Source of the DNA: a virus
DNA: 64,000 nucleotides
Virus record (IMG/VR): IMGVR_UViG_3300032163_000002
Coordinates: 64,001-128,000 of that record
Strand: one strand, 5' to 3'
In this document: positions 35,927 to 46,324 of the stretch, one piece after another
Position numbering within the stretch: position 1 is the first letter of the stretch
Layout: every line of letters starts with the position of its first letter
Program-made: the position numbers and the translations under genes
Notes under the pieces: model-generated
The model's database searches: none
What the model saw: the letters and a program-made list of their open reading frames with translations, nothing else
Told to the model about the DNA's origin: nothing

Positions 35927-36586
35927 GTGGCATCCTTCCTGCCTCCGGACGAAGACGAAGAGGAGCTGCTTGAGGCCGACATCGACTTAGAAGAATTTCG
36001 TGTCAACACCCAGCATACGATTTATGACCTGATTCTTCGGTGGGTGCAGGAGGCGAGCGCATCCGTTAGAAGTCTGGCGGAAGCCCGAGAGACTCTCATG
36101 GACGCCACGGTATACGGAGACTACCGTTCAATCAAACTCGCAGCAGATAGCCTCGGAAAAACTTTGGAAGCAGCTATTGAGCAGCTTCTTGCCATTGCCG
36201 GACAATTTGATTCTCCGCTTCAAATTAAATCTGCTCTCGCCGAACGTGAAAGTGGTGAGAAAAAATCGAGCCCCATTGTGGATGCTTTGTTCAAGCTCGA
36301 TGGAACGGCACGAGAACATCTACGTGTTGCTTTTCTGACCCTTCTGCGTGACGCTCAAAAATTACAAGATCCTGTCACCGTAACAGTGCTACCAGAACCG
36401 GAGAAACTTGGTGAACAAAGTACATCCGTCACTGACAGCGCTACCGCTGCTCCTGACAAAAAGGTTAACCGACGCACAAGCCGAAGCGTTAGAAACAGGC
36501 TGCGAATCCTACGCAAAAAGTCCTCAGTTAAACGTAGTACTCCATTATATTTACGGACTCTTCGTAAACTGTCAAAGCGACGCTGA
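35927..36586 (+). CDS. hypothetical helical protein, positional candidate for terminase small subunit
   Basis: directly upstream of and overlapping terL. Confidence 0.5.
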   Translation: MASFLPPDEDEEELLEADIDLEEFRVNTQHTIYDLILRWVQEASASVRSLAEARETLMDATVYGDYRSIKLAADSLGKTLEAAIEQLLAIAGQFDSPLQIKSALAERESGEKKSSPIVDALFKLDGTAREHLRVAFLTLLRDAQKLQDPVTVTVLPEPEKLGEQSTSVTDSATAAPDKKVNRRTSRSVRNRLRILRKKSSVKRSTPLYLRTLRKLSKRR

Positions 36587-39500
36587 ATTTCTACTTTTAC
36601 AACAAGTTCTCATGGAATTTGTGGTTCACCACAACATTGAAGGACTAGTACGACTTTGGAAAGATGAATTCATTGACGGTGTTCCACCTGTAGACGCTAG
36701 TAAATTTCTCGAAGATCCTTACTTTCTAGGTGAATTTGGAAAATCCCTTTATCCTGTATGGAAAAAAGACCTTCTTTACGTTCTCAATCCAATCAATAAC
36801 ATTGAAGAGTGGGCTCTTGTAGGCGCGCAAGGTTCTGGAAAATCGACCGCGGCCCTCGTTGGGCAGACCTATAAACTCTATTGGCTGTCTCGGCTGAAAA
36901 ACCCGCAAAAATACTTCTTTCTCGACCCGACCACAAACATCTATTTCGGGTTCTTTACGTTGAATAGGGAAAAAGCCGAAGATATCCTTTACAGTAAATT
37001 TCATGCCATCTTGGAACAATCCAGCTATTTCAAGGATCGGTTCCCGATGCGCAAACGCCGTGTTGGCGGAATCAAGGTCTCGAAGAATATACAAGATCAG
37101 ACAACGGAAGGCTCTGACTGGAATTACGAATTGCTTTTTCCAAAAGGTGTACACATCGTTTCAGGATCGCAAACCTCCCACGCCCTTTCCATTGATCTGA
37201 TGAGCGTCGTACTTGACGAAATGAACTGGCGGCGAAAAAAAACTCTTCGCCCTGAAGAAGACATAAACTCTGCTCTCACACTTTATGAGCAAGTTCGTAC
37301 ACGTATCTCCTCGCGCTTCATGACACAAGGTGTAAAACCGGGACTCTTGACTGTCATCTCTTCAAAACGCGCCACGACAGACTTCATGGATTCACTTGTG
37401 GCTCGAATGAAAAAGGAGCCATATCGTTGTTATATTTCAGATTATGCTCTATGGGAAGCCAAACCAGACAGAATTTATTCAGGGAAAAAATTCTACGTCT
37501 TCGTCGGGGGCTCTCAAACCAAGAGCCATATCATCGACGACACACATCTCCATGAGTACGATGTATCCCTGAAAAATGTTTACGCTATTCCCGTCGAATA
37601 CCGTGCTGAATTTGACATGAGCTTGACCACAGCTCTACACGACATCGCAGGTATTTCAACTGTACCTCATGAACTTCTTTTTGATAAAGAAGAACATTTA
37701 ACGCAATGCATTGACCTAACCCGAACTTCTCCTTTTACACAAGATGTCATTGAACTTGGCCTTTCCTCTCCTTACTCCCTCAACAAATTTTTCAAGCAAG
37801 CCGAATTCACTCACCACGACGGTTTCAAACTCAAGCCGAAATACTGGCCGGAGTCAGAAAGGTACATTCATATAGACCTTTCAAAGACAAAAAACGCCAC
37901 AGGAATAACAATGCTATGTCCGTACAAAGTCGGACGAATGGTTATACCCGTTCCCGGAGGATCACCGGTCGTTACTCTTGTTCCGCTTGTCTGGATTGAT
38001 CTCATGATGCGTCTCGTGGCTCCAAAGGAAGATCAAATTGATTATGACAAAATCAGAGAGTTCGTTCAATATCTTCGGAATTGCGGATTCCGTATCGTAA
38101 ATGTTTCCTACGATACTTACCAATGCTTAGCCGCTGGAACACTCGTGAACACATCCAGAGGACTTATTCCCATTGAAAAAGCAAAAATTGGAGACCTCGT
38201 CGCCTCTAGAATAGGTCCGCGTCCAGTACAGAAAACATGGTCATTCGGTGAACACAGCACAATTAAAATCACCATGAAAGATGGAGACACTCTCGAAGGT
38301 ACAGAAAAGCATTGTATTGAAGTTCGTACAGCATGGGCGCAGGGGAAAGATAGGCGCGTAGTCTCTAAATGGAAATGGAAACGTCTGGATGAAATCAAAT
38401 TAGGAGATGTGGTTCATCTCGTGGAAGAAGCCGTACCATTAAACACAAGAAAAAATACAATACTGTGCGGCAGTAAACTCAACTTCGGATGGAGACGCGG
38501 TGCTGGTAGAAAAAGCAAAGCGGACACTTGGGAATTTCCAAAACGAATGACGCCTGAACTAGCAGAAGTACTAGGGCTTTTGTGGGGGGATGGAAATATC
38601 TCTGAAGACAGCTTGCGCCTTACAGTTACTCCAAATGAAGCTCCTAATGCCCGTCGTGTATTCCGTGCATTATTCGGGTTCTCTCCAAAATACAGAGCGC
38701 GTAAATCTACCCACGGTGTCATATCCGTTTCTGGTAGATGGATAACAAGATGGATGAAAAAGAACGGGTTACTGAAGCCTCTGATTCCGGAAGCCATTCT
38801 CACAAGCAGTCGAGAAGTTCAGGCCGCATTTATTCAAGGTTTATTCGCAACCGATGGCTCTGTTAATAAAAACACAGGGCAGGTGAGTTTTTCCACCAAG
38901 CATCTCAAGCTGGCCGAGCAAGTAATGATCCTTCTCCGCACAGAATTCGGCCTCGCCTGTCATCTAACAAAAATACAGCGCGGGCATAAAGGGGATTACC
39001 TACAAGAAGGCATTCAGTATGTTGTTTTAGTTCGAGGAAGTCGCAACGCATTCATCAGTCAGATCGGGTTCAGTTACACTAAAAAAACCCGCGATCTAGC
39101 TCTGCACAACAACAGACCGGGACGTAGAATTTTTTCTCGCATCGCTAAAATTGAATCTTCCAGAGCAAGAGTATTCGACCTTCAGGTAGAAGGCGATCCG
39201 TCTTATACGGCTAATGGCTTCGTGTCACATAACAGTGCTGATAGTATTCAGTTGCTCTCAAAAATGGGCTTCAACACATCAAATATTTCTGTAGAAGCCG
39301 ACCTTCCTTATCTCAATCTACGCACAGCATTTGCACAAAAGCGCATTAACTGGTATCGGTACGATCCGGCTATCGAAGAATTAAAAGCCCTGATTCACGA
39401 TCTTGAAAAAGACAATGTTGATCATCCAGACATGGACCCTTTCGGAGGTCCGGGAAGAAAAGACATAGCTGATTCCATTTGTGGTGCCTATACAGCGTTA

Positions 39501-39773
39501 GCACGAGCTATCGCAACGAAAAAAGTCAGCACTGCCAGTCCAACAGCCATTAATCTCGGACAGATCCGCCCGAAAGAACCGGCTGTTGTAGACGCAAGTG
39601 TGGTTGAATTTTTCAGGGGAGTTATACCTGTAGTTCCAGATTCCGTAACTGGTCATCGAACAGACCGCTTTATCACGGAAGACTATCAGGAATACCCAAA
39701 GAATGCCACGATAGAAGAAGTGTTGAAGGAGGAAAAAGAAGATGAGAAAAAAGAAATACTTAAGCCCGGATGA
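36411..39773 (+). CDS. terL: terminase large subunit with intein
   Basis: GAQGSGKS Walker A, VLDEMN Walker B, HIDLS, YDTYQ/S, DH...KDIADS nuclease motifs; GTG start with GGAG RBS. Confidence 0.92.
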   Translation: MNKVHPSLTALPLLLTKRLTDAQAEALETGCESYAKSPQLNVVLHYIYGLFVNCQSDAEFLLLQQVLMEFVVHHNIEGLVRLWKDEFIDGVPPVDASKFLEDPYFLGEFGKSLYPVWKKDLLYVLNPINNIEEWALVGAQGSGKSTAALVGQTYKLYWLSRLKNPQKYFFLDPTTNIYFGFFTLNREKAEDILYSKFHAILEQSSYFKDRFPMRKRRVGGIKVSKNIQDQTTEGSDWNYELLFPKGVHIVSGSQTSHALSIDLMSVVLDEMNWRRKKTLRPEEDINSALTLYEQVRTRISSRFMTQGVKPGLLTVISSKRATTDFMDSLVARMKKEPYRCYISDYALWEAKPDRIYSGKKFYVFVGGSQTKSHIIDDTHLHEYDVSLKNVYAIPVEYRAEFDMSLTTALHDIAGISTVPHELLFDKEEHLTQCIDLTRTSPFTQDVIELGLSSPYSLNKFFKQAEFTHHDGFKLKPKYWPESERYIHIDLSKTKNATGITMLCPYKVGRMVIPVPGGSPVVTLVPLVWIDLMMRLVAPKEDQIDYDKIREFVQYLRNCGFRIVNVSYDTYQCLAAGTLVNTSRGLIPIEKAKIGDLVASRIGPRPVQKTWSFGEHSTIKITMKDGDTLEGTEKHCIEVRTAWAQGKDRRVVSKWKWKRLDEIKLGDVVHLVEEAVPLNTRKNTILCGSKLNFGWRRGAGRKSKADTWEFPKRMTPELAEVLGLLWGDGNISEDSLRLTVTPNEAPNARRVFRALFGFSPKYRARKSTHGVISVSGRWITRWMKKNGLLKPLIPEAILTSSREVQAAFIQGLFATDGSVNKNTGQVSFSTKHLKLAEQVMILLRTEFGLACHLTKIQRGHKGDYLQEGIQYVVLVRGSRNAFISQIGFSYTKKTRDLALHNNRPGRRIFSRIAKIESSRARVFDLQVEGDPSYTANGFVSHNSADSIQLLSKMGFNTSNISVEADLPYLNLRTAFAQKRINWYRYDPAIEELKALIHDLEKDNVDHPDMDPFGGPGRKDIADSICGAYTALARAIATKKVSTASPTAINLGQIRPKEPAVVDASVVEFFRGVIPVVPDSVTGHRTDRFITEDYQEYPKNATIEEVLKEEKEDEKKEILKPG
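38124..39233 (+). mobile_element. intein (370 aa) with LAGLIDADG endonuclease in terL
   Basis: Q/CLAAGTLV ... LGLLWGDG, GLFATDG ... ANGFVSHN/S. Confidence 0.93.
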
Positions 39774-39808
39774 AAAAAGGACTATCCTATTGAGGAGAAC
39801 TTCATCAC

Positions 39809-42748
39809 ATGGCTAGAATTGCTGAAGACAGAATTATTCCTTTGAGTCAGCTTAATCGGGTGCAAAAAGCCCTCATTAGAATCTTCGGCATTGACAGGTG
39901 GATTTTCGGGCGCAAAGCCATCACCAAGACGGGCGGCGGAGATCCAGAAGCAGTACGCCAAGAACAGATGTCCCTTCTCATGGGGGAATTCTCAGCCTAT
40001 ACGCAGTTAAGCAATGACAGACACGTAAAATACGCAGACTATGACGCGATGGACGAAGGTAGCCCTGAAGTTGCTTCTGTCCTCTCTCTCTACGCACAAG
40101 AAGCTTCTCCGGAAGACTTGCACACGCGTAAGGTGATATGGGTGACGGCAAAAGAAAAGGATCTTGAAAAAACCCTGAACCGACTGATACGAGAACTGAA
40201 TCTCGAAGAGCGCGCGTGGGGCACAATTCGAAATCTGGCAAAATATGGTGATTGCTTTTTGCTCAATTTATTTGCCGAAGGAAAAGGGGAAGGTACAGCA
40301 CACGAAAAGAACAAGACATATCTACGTTCTTTACAATATATTTATCCCGGTCGTGTTAAACGTATTGAAGCTGATACATTGCTTGGGTATGTTTCAGAAG
40401 ACCTTGCCACAATTATTCCTCCTGATGACGACGAACATAATATGTATGCTCCGTGGGTTTTCTGTTACGATGCTGAGACGGAAGTTCTTACATCTCGTGG
40501 CTGGCTACATTTCAAGGATCTTGAAAAAACCGACATGATAGCTACTCGAAACCTTCGAACAAAGCAATTCGAATGGCAAAAACCTACAGAATACGTCAAT
40601 CACCCGTATTCTGGTCCTATGGTTAAATTCAGTTCTAATACGGTGGATCTTCTCGTTACACCTAATCATAGAATGCTGGTTTGGATTCCCACCAACAATA
40701 AAATTGGAACTGAACGAATCATCAAGGCCGAAGATATCATAACAGACAAACACAACCGCTCTCATTTTTCAATTCCGATGACATCTTCTTGGGCGGGTAA
40801 CGAAATCAAAAATGTTACATTTAATCCGATAACTTCTCAGGTAACACGTCAAGAGCGTAACGGAAAAATAGCTACGCGCAATCAATGTAACCAGCAGCCT
40901 CTAAGTCTATCTGGAGATGATTATTGCGCGCTCATGGGAGCATGCCTTTCCGAAGGTAGCGTTGATCGTAAAAAAGGACTGCAAATTGCACAGCGCACCA
41001 CATCAAAAGGATACACTAAATATAAAGAACTGTTCGAACGCATTAACGGGGGAAATGCTAGGCACAACGGTAAAGTGTTTTGGATTTATCGTCGTTGTTT
41101 AGTGCCTTTCTTCAATGCATTCGGATATTCTCACGAAAAGTTCATTCCTGACAACATCATGAACGCTATCCCTAGACAACTTAAAATCTTTTGGGAGTAT
41201 TACGTACTAGGTGACGGCTGGTTCACACGAGATAGAAAAACACGAAACGGAATAGACCCGGTTATGATTGCAACCAGTAGCTTCCAGATGGCAGGACAAC
41301 TTCAAGAAATCGCACAAAAATTAGGTTTTTGCGCCACCATGCGAACATTTCCAGCCAAAGACAAGATAATCAAAGGCCAGCGCACTCATATGCGCAAAAA
41401 TTACCGTATTACGCTTCGAAATACTAAAGCTGTAACTTTTAAGTCTGAAATGACTGAATACACCGGTACAATTCACTGCGCGACAGTCCCTAACGGAGTC
41501 ATGTATGTTAGGCGAAACGGTAAGCCTGCATGGTGTGGAAATACTCATGGACGACTGATGGCATACGATCAAGAAAGTATTTACGGGAGATCAATGTGCG
41601 AGGAAGTTCGAAAAATTTGGAAAATGCTGAGTATCCTTGAAACGATGGTGGCACTCGCACATGTCCAAAGGGCCATTGACCGAAATGTGTTCATGATAGA
41701 TGTGGGGACCGCATCCGAAGAGGAAGCTCTTGCTCTCGTAAAAAAATACAAACAGTGGCTTCGTCGAAAGGAATTTTTCGATCCTCAGACGAATCAATTC
41801 AAAAATGACTTCAACCCTACCACGATCCAAGAAGATATTTTCTGGCCGACTCGTCCCAATTCCAATTCACGAGTTGATACACTTCAAGGAAAAACAGTAC
41901 CACAAGGACTCGTAGATGATCTGAATTACTTTCGCAATAAGCTCTGTGGAGGGCTAGGTGTTCCGCGTGAATACCTCGACGGTACAACACAAGGTTCAGT
42001 CTTCGACTCAAAAGCTGCTCTCGTTCTACAAGATATTCATTTCGCCCGAAAAATCGAACGGCTTCAACGAAGCTTTCGCCAGATGATTCATCGTATCTGT
42101 CAAGTTCATCTTGCTCTTGATGGTGTAATAACAAACGAATTTGAAATACGCATGGCTCCACTTTCTCTTATTAGCGATAGGCTCAATGAAGACTTGTGGC
42201 AACGACGTGCAGAAGTTCTTGGAGTGTTGACTCTGCTTGCTACACAAATGGGTTGGCCGCAAGATGTTTGGAATATTTATCTCACAAAAAATTTCATTCG
42301 AGACATTCCAAGTGACATATTGGAAAAACTAATCGAAGGTATCAAAAAAATGGTGCCGCCAGAAGGACTCCCACAAGATGTGAGCACATCGGGAGAAACC
42401 GGAAACGGCGAGAAAGGGGGAAAATCCAGCGGACCCCCAATGACTCACAACCCAAAGAATCCACTCTCACCTGATGTTCCGAAAAAAATACCTCATGCTG
42501 ATTTCCCTCTTACCCCGAAAAACCTTTTCAAAGATGCATTCGGAAAGATAGCAGCAGATAGCTTGGAAGAATCTCTTTATGAAAGCTACGGCGAAACAGA
42601 AACACTCGAACGGCTAAAAAGAGACCTCTCAAAAATGAAGCGGGGCATCATTGAAAAATATCCAGAACTTGAAAATATGGCAAAAGCTGCGGAAAAAGAA
42701 CTAGATGAAGACGAGAAGAAAGAGTCGAATGAAGATGAGGAGGAGTAA
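39809..42748 (+). CDS. portal protein (T4 gp20-like) with intein
   Basis: YDAMD..PEV, KYGD.F, YGRS..E, R.VF.IDVG, EDIFWP.R, YFRNKL..L.VP. Confidence 0.9.
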   Translation: MARIAEDRIIPLSQLNRVQKALIRIFGIDRWIFGRKAITKTGGGDPEAVRQEQMSLLMGEFSAYTQLSNDRHVKYADYDAMDEGSPEVASVLSLYAQEASPEDLHTRKVIWVTAKEKDLEKTLNRLIRELNLEERAWGTIRNLAKYGDCFLLNLFAEGKGEGTAHEKNKTYLRSLQYIYPGRVKRIEADTLLGYVSEDLATIIPPDDDEHNMYAPWVFCYDAETEVLTSRGWLHFKDLEKTDMIATRNLRTKQFEWQKPTEYVNHPYSGPMVKFSSNTVDLLVTPNHRMLVWIPTNNKIGTERIIKAEDIITDKHNRSHFSIPMTSSWAGNEIKNVTFNPITSQVTRQERNGKIATRNQCNQQPLSLSGDDYCALMGACLSEGSVDRKKGLQIAQRTTSKGYTKYKELFERINGGNARHNGKVFWIYRRCLVPFFNAFGYSHEKFIPDNIMNAIPRQLKIFWEYYVLGDGWFTRDRKTRNGIDPVMIATSSFQMAGQLQEIAQKLGFCATMRTFPAKDKIIKGQRTHMRKNYRITLRNTKAVTFKSEMTEYTGTIHCATVPNGVMYVRRNGKPAWCGNTHGRLMAYDQESIYGRSMCEEVRKIWKMLSILETMVALAHVQRAIDRNVFMIDVGTASEEEALALVKKYKQWLRRKEFFDPQTNQFKNDFNPTTIQEDIFWPTRPNSNSRVDTLQGKTVPQGLVDDLNYFRNKLCGGLGVPREYLDGTTQGSVFDSKAALVLQDIHFARKIERLQRSFRQMIHRICQVHLALDGVITNEFEIRMAPLSLISDRLNEDLWQRRAEVLGVLTLLATQMGWPQDVWNIYLTKNFIRDIPSDILEKLIEGIKKMVPPEGLPQDVSTSGETGNGEKGGKSSGPPMTHNPKNPLSPDVPKKIPHADFPLTPKNLFKDAFGKIAADSLEESLYESYGETETLERLKRDLSKMKRGIIEKYPELENMAKAAEKELDEDEKKESNEDEEE
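40463..41542 (+). mobile_element. intein (360 aa) with LAGLIDADG-type endonuclease in the portal gene
   Basis: F/CYDAETEVLT ... VTPNHRM ... VRRNGKPAWCGN/T. Confidence 0.92.
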
Positions 42749-43122
42749 TGACCGGAATACCTTCTCCTCAAACTCTTCTCGCCAAACGCACTGTTGAAAA
42801 ATTACGAAATACCTTGCTTCCGAGTGCTGCACCTTACGAACCTGACTGGAATATGGCAATGATCCAGCGAGTTCTCGGTGCCCTTGGAGAAGTTATTCTC
42901 GATGCCGTTTCTCACGGAGAAGAAGTTCAGCTTGGGCGACTCGGTTCTTTTTTTCCGAAAGTTTTTGATGAACGAATTGTTGCTTCCAATTTACAAGGTG
43001 GCGAGAAAAAAGTAATCCCAAAGCGTATACATCTCGGCTTCGATGCTACTACAAGCGCAGAAACACGCGTGCAAGAGTTCAGCAAATTTCTCAATGAATT
43101 CGATAAGCGGAAAACAAGTTGA
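42748..43122 (+). CDS. HU/IHF-like DNA-binding protein
   Basis: ILDAVSHGEEVQLGRLGSF...NLQGGEKKVIP.R.HLGF. Confidence 0.8.
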   Translation: MTGIPSPQTLLAKRTVEKLRNTLLPSAAPYEPDWNMAMIQRVLGALGEVILDAVSHGEEVQLGRLGSFFPKVFDERIVASNLQGGEKKVIPKRIHLGFDATTSAETRVQEFSKFLNEFDKRKTS

Positions 43123-45176
43123 TGAAAACTCCTGTGGATCTCTTCGCCGAAGCCACACTGTATGAAGCACTGGTGGGCGCCATGATTTACGAATCCAAAT
43201 ATTTTCCGACACACGGACACGTTAGACACGCGCCTTCTTCCAGAAATAGAATACGAACGCAACTTCATACGTATGACGCGCTGGCAAACTACGATCAATG
43301 GAAAAATGCCAAACGTTATCAGGCAGGTGTAGTGAAAGCTGCCTTCGACCGAGTAAAATCAGATTTCAAAAGAGCACTACTTGACGCTACGCAGGGTTAC
43401 AGAGCAAAAAAATACAATGCCAACGAAATGAAGGTGCTATCAAAAGTTGCTTTCGATAATGCTTATACGAGTGCTTACGCTCTTGGTCTACGCGCAGCAG
43501 GGCTAACCCGTCTAAGCATGGGGCAAAAAACAGCCACCTCTGGCCCGACAATGGACCCACACGACAAAGAATGGCTGAAAAGCTCAGTAGCGCATGAACG
43601 CCGGTACTGGAATGAATTCGTAAGCTCCATCATTTCGGGAAGCATTGACGCTAAATGGCGTGCTTTCACGATGGAACAGCGTGTAGAATTTTATGTGCGT
43701 ACACTCGACCACGTATATGAAACTGCCCGAGTCGTAGGACATCCTGTTCACACAATTTTTTACTGGACCCTGCACCCAGCAGAACACTGTATCGCTGAAT
43801 CAGCATGGCTCGTGACCGATCAAGGGCTTCTTACCATGAAAGAAGCAGCTAAAACAATGCAATGCCGCGTTGCCACTGGAATGACAAACGGGCTCGGCAA
43901 TATTAGAAAAGTAATTTCAAAAGGTCATCAGCCAGTCCTGTGTATCACGACACATCTTGGCTATCACCTCGAAGGTACGAATGAGCACCGTATTGTGATT
44001 TATGATGTAGCAACAAAAAATCTTGCGTGGAAAACACTCGGTCAAATTAAACGTGGGGATCTACTTGTCATGACACGCGGACAATTCGACCGTTACGGAG
44101 CAGGCCGCCACATTGATCCGGAAATTGCAGAGCTTCTTGGGTTTATCGAAGGAAACGGTTACTACTGGCACGAAAAACACGCCACACGAAAAACTCCAAG
44201 GCAAATACTTGGATACCTTTTAGATCGTCGAGACATGGATCTTTGGACTCGTTACAACGACGCTCTTTTACGAAACGGTATGGAAACCTTCAGAGCCAAC
44301 AACTATTCTGGTTCTAATCATGTCTTAAATATTCGGACAGGAAAACTCAGCACAATAAAGACCCTTCGTTTACTCGGAGCCAAATCAGGATTTTCCGAAG
44401 TCATCAGGGCATTCTCCCCCGATTCATTAGCTGCGTATCTACGTGGACTTTTTGAAGCTGATGGTTCGTGTGGTAGGAGAAAAACCGACACAAAACTAAT
44501 TTCGATTAGCGTCTGTTTTTCCTCTGCAAAGGAAACATTCATTCGAGACATTCAGATGGCCCTCTTCTCCCTTGGCATTTTAAGTCGTATTTACAAACAA
44601 ACAGGAAACACAAACTTCAAGCAAAACCGAACTCTGTGGACCCTGAAGATTCTCGGAGGAGCTAATCTCGTTCGATTCATCGAACGTATCAATTTCGCCA
44701 GTCGAAGAAAGCGTCTTCAACTCAGAGAAGTCCACGAAAAAGAGACCAGAGGTGATACATTCCCGGTTCATGAAAAGAAACGTGCATCAGTTGGTCAGCT
44801 TATTGAAATGAACGTCAAAAACCACAAAATTCAAGAGTGGCTGACATCCGACATTCATTTTGCTAGAGCCGTAACACTGAAAAAGCTTAAGCCACGCGAA
44901 GTCTATGACGTACTTGACAGCTCAACACATACTTTTTCGGCCAATGGTTTTCTCGTGCATAATTGCGATGGCTGTATCATGTTAGCAGATAATTCTCCTT
45001 ACACACGCGAAACACTTCCTGCCGTACCACGTTCAGGAGCTACACAGTGCCTTGCAAACTGTAAATGTGAACTTCGTGTCGTGACCCCTTCCAATACAAA
45101 TCAATGGGATCAAATCAGGAAACAAGGAAATCGAAATATCCTTCTTGCAAAATTAAAGTCCCTCAAACGTAGATGA
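43119..45176 (+). CDS. head morphogenesis (Mu gpF/SPP1 gp7-like) protein with intein
   Basis: YW.L...EH/CDGC...PY....P.PRSG.TQCLANCKC; follows the portal gene. Confidence 0.75.
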   Translation: MMKTPVDLFAEATLYEALVGAMIYESKYFPTHGHVRHAPSSRNRIRTQLHTYDALANYDQWKNAKRYQAGVVKAAFDRVKSDFKRALLDATQGYRAKKYNANEMKVLSKVAFDNAYTSAYALGLRAAGLTRLSMGQKTATSGPTMDPHDKEWLKSSVAHERRYWNEFVSSIISGSIDAKWRAFTMEQRVEFYVRTLDHVYETARVVGHPVHTIFYWTLHPAEHCIAESAWLVTDQGLLTMKEAAKTMQCRVATGMTNGLGNIRKVISKGHQPVLCITTHLGYHLEGTNEHRIVIYDVATKNLAWKTLGQIKRGDLLVMTRGQFDRYGAGRHIDPEIAELLGFIEGNGYYWHEKHATRKTPRQILGYLLDRRDMDLWTRYNDALLRNGMETFRANNYSGSNHVLNIRTGKLSTIKTLRLLGAKSGFSEVIRAFSPDSLAAYLRGLFEADGSCGRRKTDTKLISISVCFSSAKETFIRDIQMALFSLGILSRIYKQTGNTNFKQNRTLWTLKILGGANLVRFIERINFASRRKRLQLREVHEKETRGDTFPVHEKKRASVGQLIEMNVKNHKIQEWLTSDIHFARAVTLKKLKPREVYDVLDSSTHTFSANGFLVHNCDGCIMLADNSPYTRETLPAVPRSGATQCLANCKCELRVVTPSNTNQWDQIRKQGNRNILLAKLKSLKRR
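43788..44963 (+). mobile_element. intein (392 aa) with LAGLIDADG endonuclease
   Basis: H/CIAESAW ... TNEHR ... GLFEADG ... ANGFLVHN/C. Confidence 0.92.
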
Positions 45177-45907
45177 ACTATCTTCATGAGGATCTCATGA
45201 AGAAACCACTGAACGAAACATTACTTCCTCCCGCCGTAGAAATAATCACGATAATCCCCCTAAAAACCACCGACAAATTCCTCGGCGGAAAACCTGAATA
45301 TGACGCAGACATAAAATGGAGTCCTGTAACCGCAGAAGCTTTTAGGAATTCCTTCCATGAATACAGCCCCGAATACCCTCTCATCGCGCAATTCATTGAT
45401 GCCGCGATGCAGCAACCTGAAGCTGTCTTCGGTTTTCGAGCTGGAGACGTGGATCTTCCTATCCTGCTTTCCTTCCGTCCCGCCAAAGGTGGGCTATGCA
45501 TAGGAACCGCAAGTCCAGACTGGTTCTCCTCGGCAGGCCCGGACGCCGACGAAGACGAGGATGACCCCGGCTTCATCAGTCCCGGAACCGTTGAAAGCAC
45601 CGTTTTCCGTCTTCTCTTACCCGGTAAGAGCCCTGTTCCTGTCAAGGAGGGCTTAGGCTGGAAGATCTGTGTTCCTCGCCATAGACGGGCACAGGGCATG
45701 GCTGAGTCTATCTCTACGGCAGCCGCAGCCTACCTCGTCAGTCTCTCTCAGCGGAGCCTCACCATTCGAGAAGGAAAAGAAACCTACAGTGCCATCTTCA
45801 AATTCGAAGAAGACGCGAAAGAGTTCGCACGGATACTCGGTGCTCCTGAGCCTCTTATCGAAGATCAAGCCGAAAAAATCGCTCTTCGGCTTCTGCGAGA
45901 GGAGTGA
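45173..45907 (+). CDS. hypothetical protein
   Basis: 244-aa coupled ORF. Confidence 0.7.
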   Translation: MNYLHEDLMKKPLNETLLPPAVEIITIIPLKTTDKFLGGKPEYDADIKWSPVTAEAFRNSFHEYSPEYPLIAQFIDAAMQQPEAVFGFRAGDVDLPILLSFRPAKGGLCIGTASPDWFSSAGPDADEDEDDPGFISPGTVESTVFRLLLPGKSPVPVKEGLGWKICVPRHRRAQGMAESISTAAAAYLVSLSQRSLTIREGKETYSAIFKFEEDAKEFARILGAPEPLIEDQAEKIALRLLREE

Positions 45908-45910
45908 ACC

Positions 45911-46321
45911 TTGAGTTTGACTTTGACCCTTAATGGAAATATCGGGCGCTCTACTTCTTCATACCAACGTGAAGTTCTGAGAGATTTAGCACTTGCTTCA
46001 GAAGAATGCACCCTAGAGACGGGTATCAAAAGATTCCTGCTTCGGTATGGCACAGGCTCGAACCCAGCGCCTACAATACTTCCGATTGTTGTTGCTTTCG
46101 ATCAAATCGTTGTGGTGAAATTTCTTTACGTCCATGTCACAAATGACGCTGTAATTCGGATAGAAAACAGCGCGGGGGCTACCAACAACAAATCCTGTGA
46201 CATTACGCTTGGCGGGCCAGAAGGCACACTCATTCTGTTCCCTGTATCCGTCACGAAGCTGTCAATTATTTCCACGACGACAGATTCAACAGAAGTTGAA
46301 ATTTATATGGCTGGAAATTAA
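45911..46321 (+). CDS. hypothetical beta-rich protein (possible virion protein)
   Basis: RBS GAGGAG; beta-strand pattern. Confidence 0.65.
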   Translation: MSLTLTLNGNIGRSTSSYQREVLRDLALASEECTLETGIKRFLLRYGTGSNPAPTILPIVVAFDQIVVVKFLYVHVTNDAVIRIENSAGATNNKSCDITLGGPEGTLILFPVSVTKLSIISTTTDSTEVEIYMAGN

Positions 46322-46324
46322 GTC

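Noticed and set aside
36455-36465. C-AAA-AAG slippery site as a -1 frameshift fusing the upstream ORF to terL
   Set aside because: terL is in the +1 frame relative to the upstream ORF, so a -1 shift would not join them
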